A DNA stretch of 54,088 nt from the sequence record DRR723986_576; one strand, given 5' to 3'. Shown piece by piece: positions 1-9,521 of the stretch (positions are counted from its first letter, which is position 1; each line of letters opens with the position of its first letter). Made by a program: the position numbers and the translations under genes. The notes below the pieces were generated by a model, which saw only the letters and a program-made list of their open reading frames with translations, was not told the DNA's origin and made no database searches.

Positions 1-102
1 AAAGAGAAAATTCTGCCGCCCATTTACTGGCAGGGCATGCTCAAGGGACACGAGTGGCTGGTTAAGCCCACCATTGGTGAAGACGCACCAGCGAAAAAAT
101 AA
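1..102 (+). CDS. C-terminal end of type II sulfide:quinone oxidoreductase (partial, begins before window)
   Basis: Frame 1 reads KEKILPPIYWQGMLKGHEWLVKP...*, resembling the C-terminus of proteobacterial type II SQR (LPxIYWxxMLKGxEWL); followed by SulP as in sulfide-oxidation clusters. Confidence 0.7.
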   Translation, partial: KEKILPPIYWQGMLKGHEWLVKPTIGEDAPAKK

Positions 103-113
103 CCCACCCTTTC

Positions 114-139
114 GCGCCGCTGATGCGGCGCTGTTTTTT
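114..139 (+). terminator. Intrinsic terminator-like hairpin after SQR
   Basis: GCGCCGC-TGAT-GCGGCGC followed by TGTTTTTT. Confidence 0.55.
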
Positions 140-144
140 CGTTT

Positions 145-1941
145 ATGTGCAACACCACAGCCGCGACTGGAGAGGACAGCATTTTGAAAGGCGCACTCAG
201 CCAATACTTACCCATCCTGGAATGGGGAAAGCAGTACAACCGCGGCCAGCTCGCCTCCGACCTGCTGGCGGCCGTCATTGTGACGATCATGCTTATCCCG
301 CAGTCGCTGGCTTACGCCCTGCTTGCCGGCTTGCCTCCCGAAGTTGGTCTCTACGCCAGTATGTTGCCGCTCATCGCCTACGGTCTGCTGGGCAGCAGCC
401 GCAGCCTGTCGGTGGGCCCGGTGGCCGTGGTTTCGCTGATGACGGCCAGCGCCGTCGGCCGCATTGCCGAGGTCGGCAGCATGGGCTACCTCGATGCCGC
501 CGTGCTGCTGGCACTGTTCTCCGGGGCGTTCCTGCTACTGATGGGCGTTCTGCGAATGGGCTTTCTCGCCAACTTTCTGTCCCATCCGGTGATCGCCGGT
601 TTTATCACCGCCTCGGGTATTATTATCGCCGTCAGCCAGCTTCGTCACCTACTGGGCGTGCACGCCCACGGCGACAACCTCTACGAAATTCTGCTCAGCC
701 TTGCCGAGCAAGCCAGCCATACCAACCTCTACACCTTAGCGGTCGGTTTGCCGGTGCTGGTCTTTTTATTCTGGGTACGTAAAGGCCTGCAACCGCTGCT
801 GGAAAAAGTGGGCCTGTCGCCCTTTGCCGCCGCCATGGTCAGTAAAGCGGGCCCCGTTGTTGGCGTGGTGATGACCAGTGTTGCCGCTGTCGCCTTCGAC
901 CTCGGCGCAAAAAACGTGGCATTGGTCGGCGATGTGCCCAGCGGCCTGCCCGCCCTGCGCCTGCCACCACTGCACCACGAGGCCTGGCAGGAACTGTTGA
1001 TCTCGGCGATCTTCATTTCGGTCATTGGCTTTGTGGAGTCGGTGTCGGTGGGCCACACCCTGGCCGCGAAAAAACGCCAGAAGATCAGCCCCAACCAAGA
1101 ACTCATCGGCCTCGGCGCTGCCAATATCGCGTCGTCGGTATCGGGCGGCTACCCCGTTACCGGCGGCTTTGCGCGCTCGGTGGTGAATTTTGATGCCGGC
1201 GCAGAAACCCCCGCAGCGGGCATGTTTACCGCCATCGGCATCGGGCTGGCGGCAATCTTCTTCACGCCGTATCTGGCCTATCTTCCCAAGGCGACACTGG
1301 CGGCAACCATCATCGTTGCCGTGCTATCACTGGTCGATTTATCGATTTTGAAAAAGACCTGGGACTACGGCTATTCCGACTTTATCGCCGTTGCCAGCAC
1401 CCTGTTCGTCACCTTAGTGGCCGGTGTTGAAAGCGGCGTGGCCTGCGGTGTATTTGCCTCGTTAGCCCTGCATCTGTACAAAACCTCCAAGCCCCATATG
1501 GCCGTGGTCGGCGAGGTGCCGGGCACCGAACACTACCGCAATATCAACCGCCACTCAGTGATTACCCACGACGAGATCCTGTCGCTGCGCATTGACGAAA
1601 GCTTATATTTTGCCAATGCCAGCTTTATTGAGGATCGCATCTATGCGCTGTTGGAGGACTACCCGCATACCCGCCACGTGGTACTGATGTGCACCGCTGT
1701 GAACGAGGTGGACCTCAGCGCACTGGAAGCACTGGAAGCGATCAATGAGCGTTTGGGCGAGCGCGATATTGCCCTGCACTTATCTGAGCTGAAAGGGCCG
1801 GTAATGGATGTGCTGTGTAAAACCCACTTCCTCAAGCAACTTACCGGCAAAGTGTGGTTGTCGCAGCACCTGGCCGTTACCGGCATTGTTGAGGAAATGA
1901 ACCAACAAAAGGCCGACAACACCGAAAACTGGGATATCTAA
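145..1941 (+). CDS. SulP family sulfate/anion permease with STAS domain (TTG at 184 is an alternative start)
   Basis: PQSLAYALLAGLPPEVGLY signature, NQELIGLGAANI, C-terminal STAS (LRIDESLYFANA). Confidence 0.95.
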   Translation: MCNTTAATGEDSILKGALSQYLPILEWGKQYNRGQLASDLLAAVIVTIMLIPQSLAYALLAGLPPEVGLYASMLPLIAYGLLGSSRSLSVGPVAVVSLMTASAVGRIAEVGSMGYLDAAVLLALFSGAFLLLMGVLRMGFLANFLSHPVIAGFITASGIIIAVSQLRHLLGVHAHGDNLYEILLSLAEQASHTNLYTLAVGLPVLVFLFWVRKGLQPLLEKVGLSPFAAAMVSKAGPVVGVVMTSVAAVAFDLGAKNVALVGDVPSGLPALRLPPLHHEAWQELLISAIFISVIGFVESVSVGHTLAAKKRQKISPNQELIGLGAANIASSVSGGYPVTGGFARSVVNFDAGAETPAAGMFTAIGIGLAAIFFTPYLAYLPKATLAATIIVAVLSLVDLSILKKTWDYGYSDFIAVASTLFVTLVAGVESGVACGVFASLALHLYKTSKPHMAVVGEVPGTEHYRNINRHSVITHDEILSLRIDESLYFANASFIEDRIYALLEDYPHTRHVVLMCTAVNEVDLSALEALEAINERLGERDIALHLSELKGPVMDVLCKTHFLKQLTGKVWLSQHLAVTGIVEEMNQQKADNTENWDI

Positions 1942-1961
1942 GTCCAGTGGGAAAGGGCAAT

Positions 1962-2969
1962 TCAGCCGCGTAGCTGCGCGGCTGAAATTTCATTGTTGCA
2001 GGCCTTTCCCTGCTCTACATCGCTGAGGTTTTGCAGTGTGGTGGCGGCAATGCTCGCCAGCGCCTCGGCGCTGAAAAAGCCCTGATGGCCGGTAATGAGT
2101 ACATTGGGGAAGGTCAGTAAGCGCGAGAACACATCGTCGGTAATAATCTTGCCCGACAGGTCCTCGAAAAACATATCGCCCTCTTCTTCGTACACATCCA
2201 GCCCGAGATAACCAATTCTCATCGTCTTTAGCGCGGCAATCACCGCGACGGTATCCACCAGTGCGCCGCGGCTGGTGTTAATCAGCATCACGCCCGGCTT
2301 CATTTTGGCGAGGGCACGGTCATCGATCAGGTGGTGGGTGTCCGGGGTCAGAGGGCAGTGCAGGCTGATAATATCCGCGCGCGTTAGCAGCGCGTCCAGC
2401 TCGGTGTATTCCACGCCAAGGCGAGTACAGCGCTCATTGGGAAAGGGGTCGGCGGCAATCACCGTACAACCAAAGCCGCTCATAATGCGGCAAAACGCCT
2501 CGCCGATATTACCCGTACCAATCACCCCCACCGTCTTACCGTGCAGGTTAAAGCCCAGCAGTCCTTCCAATGAAAAATTGCCCTCGCGAACGCGGTTGTA
2601 TGAACGATAAATTTTTCGGTTCAGCGCCAGAATTAAGGCCACCGCGTGCTCTGCCACACCTTCCGGCGAATACCTGGGCACACGCACTACGGTAATGTCG
2701 TGGGCCGCTGCGGCGTCGAGATCGACATTGTTAAAGCCCGCGCAACGTAGCGCCACCGTATGAATGCCCAGCGCAGCCAACTCCGCCAAACAGTCATCGC
2801 CCAACTCATCGTTTACAAAGGCGCAAACCGCATCGAAGCCCTTGGCCAAACCTGCCGTCGCCGCACCCAGGTGGGCATCAAAAAACGCCAGTGCATGGCC
2901 GTGGGGCTGGTTCGCCTTTGCGAGAAACTCGCGGTCGTAGTCTTTCGCGCCAAATACCGCCACCTTCAT
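1962..2969 (-). CDS. ldhA: D-lactate dehydrogenase / 2-hydroxyacid dehydrogenase
   Basis: ALRCAGFNNVDL, GVIGTGNIG, LINTSRG, GLDVYEEE, ITGHQGF; start taken at MKVAVF after an AG-rich RBS. Confidence 0.9.
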   Translation of the reverse strand: MKVAVFGAKDYDREFLAKANQPHGHALAFFDAHLGAATAGLAKGFDAVCAFVNDELGDDCLAELAALGIHTVALRCAGFNNVDLDAAAAHDITVVRVPRYSPEGVAEHAVALILALNRKIYRSYNRVREGNFSLEGLLGFNLHGKTVGVIGTGNIGEAFCRIMSGFGCTVIAADPFPNERCTRLGVEYTELDALLTRADIISLHCPLTPDTHHLIDDRALAKMKPGVMLINTSRGALVDTVAVIAALKTMRIGYLGLDVYEEEGDMFFEDLSGKIITDDVFSRLLTFPNVLITGHQGFFSAEALASIAATTLQNLSDVEQGKACNNEISAAQLRG

Positions 2970-3123
2970 ACTGCTCTCTCCTTCACCCTCGCACTTTGAG
3001 TCTAGCAAGCCCTCGGCAAGCAACGAAATACCACCCCTCAGACGCAGCCTTCTGCTAGGCTGGCAGAAGACTGCGCCGTTTCTATTGCGTCACGCATTTA
3101 CTGAGTAGGTAGAGGAGCGACAA

Positions 3124-3363
3124 ATGAAAAAGATCGACAACGAAAAGGAATGGGTGCGCAAGGCCATTAACATTGGCAGCGCCTACGCAGAGAAACGCGG
3201 CGCCGCCCAGTTTGAGCCCGGCGATTCCACTAACGAACGACTGGAATTTATCTATCGCCTACTGGTGCGCGACAAACTCATTCAGCCCATGCCTGAGCTA
3301 CAGGTTTCCCAGCAAAGCATTCGCCACCGCCTGGCGCTGTGGGCCAAATCATTAGACAAATAA
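3124..3363 (+). CDS. Small conserved protein (DUF5062-like)
   Basis: 79-aa ORF with RBS (AGAGGAG); YAEKRG..., IYRLLVxDKLIQP..., HRLALW pattern. Confidence 0.65.
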   Translation: MKKIDNEKEWVRKAINIGSAYAEKRGAAQFEPGDSTNERLEFIYRLLVRDKLIQPMPELQVSQQSIRHRLALWAKSLDK

Positions 3364-3441
3364 GTCATTAGATAAAAATGCCTGAGCGTACCCCTGCTAC
3401 CCCATATCGCGGTCTCTGCTTTACTGCGTCAATGTGGCGTT

Positions 3442-4266
3442 TCAATCCAGCTTAAACACCCGCTTGGCATTTTCATACAGGAATAAATTTTTCGACTCTT
3501 CATCAAGCGCGAGTTCTTCCAATCCTGCAAGGGCATTTTCAGCAGTAAGCATCGGGTAGTTTGTGCCGAACAAAACCTTGTGCTTGCCGTGCGAAAGCAG
3601 GAACCGGATCAGTTCGGGTGGGTAACGCTTCGCCGTATATGCCGAAGTATCGATGTAGACATTTTCATGCTTTGTTGCGACGGCAATCGCTTCTTCCGTC
3701 CAGGGGTAGCCAATGTGGCCGCCAACAATCACCAGCTCGGGGAAGTCCAGCGCTACTTGGTCTAGATAAATTGGGCGCCCAACCTCGCTAGGCATTAGTG
3801 GTCCGGTATGGCCTATCTGCGTACAGAATGGCACACCTAACTCGGCGCAGGCGGTATATACCGGATAAAACCTGCGGTCGGTTGGCGGCACCTCCCACAA
3901 CCACGGCAGCACTCGTATCGCTTTAAAGCCCAGCTCATTGATACAGCGTTTAATCTCCCGGACCGCCGCCATTGGTTTTGAAATATCCACCGAGCCAACA
4001 CCAACCAGCCTGTCCGGCGCTTGTTTAACAAACTCCGCGACCTCGTCATTGGAAATCATAACGTTTCGTGGCGCGACCCACGCCGAGATCAGGCTCTTAC
4101 TAACATGCCCCGCATCCATCATGGCAATTGTCGCTGCCACAGGAACCTCGGATGTGGGAATGCCGCCTTTCGTCCAACGGCGGAGTGAATCAAATATCGG
4201 GTCCTGGAGGTGGCGCAGTGTTGGATGTTGTGCCCATGCGTCGATAATCATAGTGTTCATACCCAA
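3442..4266 (-). CDS. Amidohydrolase family protein (Amidohydro_2)
   Basis: IIDAWAQH, GHIGYPW, VYIDTSAY, VLFGTNYP, NAKRVF. Confidence 0.88.
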   Translation of the reverse strand: MGMNTMIIDAWAQHPTLRHLQDPIFDSLRRWTKGGIPTSEVPVAATIAMMDAGHVSKSLISAWVAPRNVMISNDEVAEFVKQAPDRLVGVGSVDISKPMAAVREIKRCINELGFKAIRVLPWLWEVPPTDRRFYPVYTACAELGVPFCTQIGHTGPLMPSEVGRPIYLDQVALDFPELVIVGGHIGYPWTEEAIAVATKHENVYIDTSAYTAKRYPPELIRFLLSHGKHKVLFGTNYPMLTAENALAGLEELALDEESKNLFLYENAKRVFKLD

Positions 4267-4282
4267 GCTGAGTTACCATTTT

Positions 4283-4316
4283 GCTATCGATATGATAGCG
4301 CTATCACTACGATAGC
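4283..4316. promoter_or_regulatory. Two abutting 17-bp palindromes GCTATC-N5-GATAGC, probable HxlR operator
   Basis: GCTATCgatatGATAGC (4283-4299) and GCTATCactacGATAGC (4300-4316) in the divergent intergenic region. Confidence 0.65.
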
Positions 4317-4350
4317 GCGCAACACTGATAAATATCAAGAGACAGACCAA

Positions 4351-4743
4351 ATGCCCAACAACGCTCTGATACCCGGCCGCCCCGTTAGAAACTCCAAATC
4401 CGGGCAACCGATTATGGTCGCGCTAGACCTACTCGGCAGAAAGTGGGCGCTGCGGGTGCTCTGGCAATTGCGCGACGGCAACAAAAGATCCTTCAGAGAA
4501 ATCCAGTCGCAATGCGAAATCACCTCACCAAACGTTTTAACCTCCCGTTTAAAGGAGCTGCGCGAGGCAAACATTGTCGTTCTTGAAGAGGCTGGCGGCT
4601 ATAAAGTCACCGAGACTGGAATGCGCCTGCTACAAGCCATCGAGCCCCTAGCGCAATGGAGTGAGGACTGGGCAAAGCAGGTGGGAAGAGAAGACCTGAA
4701 CTGCTACTCGAAGAGCAAAGCGGCGACGCCCAAGAAGATATAG
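4351..4743 (+). CDS. HxlR-family winged-helix transcriptional regulator
   Basis: ALDLLGRKWALRVLWQL, VLTSRLKEL; divergent from the amidohydrolase. Confidence 0.88.
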   Translation: MPNNALIPGRPVRNSKSGQPIMVALDLLGRKWALRVLWQLRDGNKRSFREIQSQCEITSPNVLTSRLKELREANIVVLEEAGGYKVTETGMRLLQAIEPLAQWSEDWAKQVGREDLNCYSKSKAATPKKI

Positions 4744-4862
4744 AAGCTTGAAATCCGCCTCGCCGTTAACGCGTGGCTAGGATAAATCACCGCCACTTCG
4801 CCATCGCGCTGAGCTATTTTAGACGCTTCGTACGCAGTACCAATATGCTCGCCCCGAGGCGA

Positions 4863-5463
4863 TTAAATGATATTGAAAAGCACCAAGGCGTAGGCGTAAA
4901 AACGCAGAAAGCGGGTTAAGCCGATCAATAGGAACGTCGGAAAGGATACTCGATCATCCCGGCAATCGTGCTCGCCATCGCAAACGGAATTGGCAATAGC
5001 GCAGCGATGATAATGAAAACGCCGCCCCATTTTTCATAAATTCGACGTGCTCGGCGTGGCGTTCAAAAAGATAACGATGCACCGAGGGAATGTGTTCAAT
5101 ACGACTGCCTATGCCGTACGCCGTAATACCACCCAGGTATGAGATAGCCGCGAGTACCGTCACCATCAGGTAAGGTGCTTCCGGGAATCGCGACTTCGCC
5201 CACAGCATAAACAGGTCGGGCGGCAACAACCCAAGAATGGATTCAGAAACATAAAACAGCGGGAAGATATAGGCCGGCGGCAAGCGCTGCTCAATATAAA
5301 TCCGCAAGCCTTCCTGATATACCGCGAGATACGGCCTTACTAGCCAAAGCAGCGCGACGAGTGCCGCCATCACCGTCAAGGCTTTCAGTAGATTCAAGGT
5401 AATGAGGGTATACAGTTCACTGCGCTGATCGAGTGAAAATGGCTTTTGTTGGTTCCTCTTCAC
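4863..5463 (-). pseudogene. DedA/YqaA/VTT-like membrane protein interrupted by two single-base frameshifts (or sequencing indels)
   Basis: N-part has SESILGLLPPDLF and YLGGITAYGIG; adding 1 nt at the run 5030-5034 gives KWGGVFIIIAALLPIPFA..., and 1 nt near 4933-4943 gives FLLIGLTRFLRFYAYALVLFNII* ending at 4863. Confidence 0.7.
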
Positions 5464-6221
5464 TCCGCCTCTTCCGGCCGATCAACATGATAACTGTGCT
5501 GCGATTTTTGATTTTTGTAATTATCGCCACTTGCCGCCAAGGCATGGTTTTCAGATTCGAGAATTTGGCGAAGACTATGCAAGGCATTGTACGGCCCATT
5601 GACCGAAAGCGCGTTTATAAGCCAGCCTGGGATCGGCCCACCCGGTTCGGCGTGGATCACCGTGCTTAGGCGAACACTAGAGGAACCGGTGCGTACTAGG
5701 GTCCATGTTCCCTCCGCTTTTTCCACACGCACGCGGTCATCGACAATTGACGGTATGGTGTTGTCTGCGTGGGAAATGATGCGCGCCTGCGAACCATCGG
5801 CTGATACCGACCACTGTCGGCGTAGCAGCATGTCTCTGTCGCTAACCGGCCAGGGCAAGTCATTAACCACGTAGATAATATCTTCGCTTTCCGACAGTTT
5901 TTTATATACCGATGCCTCGGTGCACACCTTATCCCAGCGCGGCCGCTGACCGGCATCGAGTAACAGAGCGAAGGCTTTGTCGAAGGGCGCATTAATGTCC
6001 ACCTCGGCTTTCACTTCACGCGTTGCCGAGCCATGGATCTCTCGGCTGGAGACTTTTATGCCGTCCTCGTACTTATCAACCCGCCACACCTTCATGCTTT
6101 CCCCGCCCCACAAACTGAGCGGGACGAAGAAGGCCACTGTTGCGGCGCAGCGAAGCAGCAGACGAAGCGCGCCGCTGGCGCGCACGCGGCCTCTAGAAAC
6201 GGTAGCCAAGTTCGACTTCAT
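5460..6221 (-). CDS. START-domain (lipid-binding) protein with probable signal peptide
   Basis: DGIKV, DLPWPVSDRD, HAEPGGPIPGWLIN START motifs; hydrophobic N-terminal segment. Confidence 0.85.
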   Translation of the reverse strand: MKSNLATVSRGRVRASGALRLLLRCAATVAFFVPLSLWGGESMKVWRVDKYEDGIKVSSREIHGSATREVKAEVDINAPFDKAFALLLDAGQRPRWDKVCTEASVYKKLSESEDIIYVVNDLPWPVSDRDMLLRRQWSVSADGSQARIISHADNTIPSIVDDRVRVEKAEGTWTLVRTGSSSVRLSTVIHAEPGGPIPGWLINALSVNGPYNALHSLRQILESENHALAASGDNYKNQKSQHSYHVDRPEEAE

Positions 6222-8757
6222 AGGTTGTATCTACATAAGCGCCACCGAAGTGAGTGCCCCGGAAGCCCGGTGTATCCTGAGCGGCAGCCAGCGATTCACG
6301 GCCGGTAACGTTGTCGCCGAAAAAGCTAATATGCCAAGTGTCGTCCATCGACTTAAAGCCAAGCCGCACACCGTAGGTAGTGCCAGAAATGCGCGTATCG
6401 ATTGGGTCGAGGTCAGTGGCCAGGGCCACCTCGGATGAGTAGCTCGCGGTAATGCCTGCCAGCGTTAGGAAGGGCCAGTTGAAGGGCTGCCCCTGCCAGC
6501 CCGCCGTGAAGGTGGACTTTATTTCCGGCACCAACCGCAGGCGTCGGCCGGTGAGGTCACACGGAGGTGGGTTGGTATTTTCAGCCGTACAGGCGGCCTG
6601 GCTAAATTCAGAATATTCCGATTCCGTGAAGGCGCCATTCAGGCCGAGCAGGATGCCGTAGGGCGTCATCAACATGCCCTCGTATTCCAAACCGTAGATC
6701 GTTGCTGACGCCGCGTTTTCCACCACGTAGGCCACGCCATTGAAGGTCGATACCTGAAGATCGCGAAAGTCGGTGTAAAACAGTGACGCATTAAAACGCG
6801 CCGCGCCGCCCAACCATTCGGTTTTAGCGCCCAGCTCGTAAGTCAGCGCGGTTTCGTCGTCAAACTCCAGGTTTATGTCGTTGCTTGGCTGGCCAGTGAA
6901 GCCACCAGACTTATACCCTTTGGCGGCAGTGAAATACGCCATTGCCGCATCGGCGAAGTCATACTTCACAGAGAATTTGGGAATGAAGTTAAAGGTTTCC
7001 CGTTCACGCTCAGCTTCAAACTGTGTATCCCCGGCAATAATCACCGGAAAGATAGTCGCCCCTTGAGGGTTCGGGCCGAGGCAATAACCCGCTGGGGACG
7101 GGATGCCGCCAAGCCCAGGCAAATCCACAGGCAGCAGCTGGTTGCACGCCGCACCAGAAATAACCGCATTCCCCTCGCCACCGGTAACGTTATTAATCAG
7201 GCGGTGGCCGGTATCGAGGGTTTTGTCTTCATAATTTAAACGCCCACCAAAAGTGGCCGACCAGCGCTCAGTGAAATGCCAGGTGACCTGCCCAAACAGG
7301 GCAGCGCTGTCGGTGATCTGGTCGAAGCGCGTTAACGCCGTTTCGATGGGTGACGGACCACCGGCCAGTGTTTGTCGCGCCTGGATCAATTGACCTGCCA
7401 ACTGGCCACTGTTGGCATCGTTGAGCACCTGATCCTGACACGCTTCCGGGTCGGGCGATTGCAAGCAGGCCATGCGCTCGCCTTCACCCGTCACCTGTAG
7501 CAACTCGGTCAGCAGTAAAAATTGTTGGATGTTGTAATCGGCCTGCAAGTCCGACTTCATGAAAAATAACCCACCGACAAACTCAACATCCCCCGGTGGT
7601 GAAGTGATGCGAAATTCCTGACTGTACTGCTCCAGCACTTCATTGTTATCAAGGATAAGAAAAGGAATCGGTGAAAAGTCGGCATCCAACCTCACCTCTT
7701 CGTCCAGCCAGGTGTAGTTGGTAATACTGGTAAGCAGGTAGTCATTGCCGAAACTCCAGTCGGCTTTCAAGGTAACGTCATAGGCGTCGCGCGCTACACG
7801 GCCCTGCGTATCTTTCGCTGTTCGCTCGTCGAAAGGGTCTGCTGTGGTTTCCGGGTCAAACACCTGCATGGCCGCGAGATGGCGGTCACGCGCGCGAATA
7901 AGCTGACTACCCTCGCCGTGCTGGCGGATCAGCGCTGCGTTCAGTGTCAGGCCAATGGTCAAATCCTCGGAGGCGTCCCATACGACGCGCATGCGCGCAT
8001 TTTGGGTATCGATATTCTCTTCATCGATCTCTGCCGTGGTGTTGTAAACACTGCCATCGCGAAGCTGACTCATCAGCGCGACTCGCCACCTGAGCGTATC
8101 CGTTATGGGCCCAGTGGCCATCAGGCGAACGCGCTGTTGGTCCAGGTCGCCCAGTAGAACGTCACCCTTAAAACCAAATTCTGTGTCGGGCATGGCGGTG
8201 CGAAAATGTATCGCACCGGCCGAGGCGTTTTTACCAAACAGGGTACCCTGCGGGCCGCGCAGCACTTCTATCGCCGCCAGGTCCATGGTGGCCTGATTAA
8301 TATACGAAGCGCGACCGTAGTAAACATCGTCGATCAGCAATGCCACCGATTGTTCAAACCCCCGGTTATAGCTCGACCCCAAACCGCGCATATAGATACT
8401 GGGAAACGACGGTGTTGCCAGCACGTCCAGGTTGGGCACATATACCGCCACTTCATTCATGTCGGCCATGTTTTTATCGACAATATCATCGCCACTAATC
8501 GCGGTAACAGATAGCGGTACGGACTGTATGTCTTCCTCTCGCTTCTGCGCCGTGACGACAACTTCTTCAAGGGCATTGCGCTGCCGCTTAACCGATTGCT
8601 CCTCCGCGCTAACCTCAGGATTAGCGGCCGGCGCTGCGAAACCCAGAGCCGGAGCCGCCAGTAGGCTCGCCACAAGCAGTGGTTGTAAGCAGGGTCTGCT
8701 CCGCTTAAATAAAAAGTGATTGAGCGCGCTGAAACACCCTCTTGTGTCGACTGACAT
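6193..8757 (-). CDS. TonB-dependent receptor
   Basis: LEEVVVTAQKRE TonB box, EVLRGPQGTLFGKNA plug, GYKSGG, C-terminal YRF. Confidence 0.95.
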   Translation of the reverse strand: MSVDTRGCFSALNHFLFKRSRPCLQPLLVASLLAAPALGFAAPAANPEVSAEEQSVKRQRNALEEVVVTAQKREEDIQSVPLSVTAISGDDIVDKNMADMNEVAVYVPNLDVLATPSFPSIYMRGLGSSYNRGFEQSVALLIDDVYYGRASYINQATMDLAAIEVLRGPQGTLFGKNASAGAIHFRTAMPDTEFGFKGDVLLGDLDQQRVRLMATGPITDTLRWRVALMSQLRDGSVYNTTAEIDEENIDTQNARMRVVWDASEDLTIGLTLNAALIRQHGEGSQLIRARDRHLAAMQVFDPETTADPFDERTAKDTQGRVARDAYDVTLKADWSFGNDYLLTSITNYTWLDEEVRLDADFSPIPFLILDNNEVLEQYSQEFRITSPPGDVEFVGGLFFMKSDLQADYNIQQFLLLTELLQVTGEGERMACLQSPDPEACQDQVLNDANSGQLAGQLIQARQTLAGGPSPIETALTRFDQITDSAALFGQVTWHFTERWSATFGGRLNYEDKTLDTGHRLINNVTGGEGNAVISGAACNQLLPVDLPGLGGIPSPAGYCLGPNPQGATIFPVIIAGDTQFEAERERETFNFIPKFSVKYDFADAAMAYFTAAKGYKSGGFTGQPSNDINLEFDDETALTYELGAKTEWLGGAARFNASLFYTDFRDLQVSTFNGVAYVVENAASATIYGLEYEGMLMTPYGILLGLNGAFTESEYSEFSQAACTAENTNPPPCDLTGRRLRLVPEIKSTFTAGWQGQPFNWPFLTLAGITASYSSEVALATDLDPIDTRISGTTYGVRLGFKSMDDTWHISFFGDNVTGRESLAAAQDTPGFRGTHFGGAYVDTTYEVELGYRF

Positions 8758-8817
8758 TTACGCTTCCCCTACTGCTTATTATTGTATTTATACTTTTGAC
8801 GCTAGAAATAATTGTGT

Positions 8818-9510
8818 TCAGCGCGGTTCGTCCGAGAGCAGCCCGTGAACATTGTGCACCGTTGGCGACTTATCAACGGCCTTCAGGTCAGGCGCGGTCC
8901 CCAACAGCAAGTCGCCCAATCCGGTTGACACGCCCCACCATAATTTTTCGTCGCGGTAATGATGCAGGCGATGCATTCGCTGGCGGCGACGGTAGTAATT
9001 CACTGGCATACACCAGGTGGTGTGGCCCATGAAATGACAAAACTCATAGTGCAGCGCCAAAGTAAAAAACATGGCAAGGGCACCGGTTGCCAGTTCGACA
9101 CTGGGTAACAACAGGTAGGCAAGCGCAATCAGCACCGGCACCACTGTGGGGAACACCTCTTTATTGATGGTGATATCACTGAGGTCAGAGGGGTTTACAT
9201 GGTGGGCACGGTGAGAGCGGCCCACACTGAGGTCGATCGTTTTACCAAAAATTTTGCGCGGCTTGGAATGCAGAATGTAAGCATGAATCAGCCATTCCTG
9301 TATCGGCCAGAAAGCCAGAATGCACAGCGGAGCGATTAGATCCGCATAGCTCCAGTTGCCGAGGTAAACCCGAAAGGCGGTAAAGCCCAGTGCCAATGCC
9401 GTAAGAATGATCGGGCTCATATGGCCATAAAAGGCTTTAAAAAAGTCGCTAGCCGTTGCCGGGTTGGCCGGTTGGGCCGCGCCACCAGATGATTGAACGC
9501 TGCTCGTCAT
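8818..9510 (-). CDS. Fatty-acid hydroxylase / sterol desaturase family protein
   Basis: His boxes HAYILH, HRAHH, HFMGH, HRLHH with TM segments. Confidence 0.88.
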   Translation of the reverse strand: MTSSVQSSGGAAQPANPATASDFFKAFYGHMSPIILTALALGFTAFRVYLGNWSYADLIAPLCILAFWPIQEWLIHAYILHSKPRKIFGKTIDLSVGRSHRAHHVNPSDLSDITINKEVFPTVVPVLIALAYLLLPSVELATGALAMFFTLALHYEFCHFMGHTTWCMPVNYYRRRQRMHRLHHYRDEKLWWGVSTGLGDLLLGTAPDLKAVDKSPTVHNVHGLLSDEPR

Positions 9511-9521
9511 GAGATAGTCCT

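Noticed and set aside
3043..3075. Hairpin CGCAGCCTTCTGC...GCAGAAGACTGCG as ncRNA or riboswitch
   Set aside because: Single stem in a short divergent intergenic region; no recognisable RNA family features
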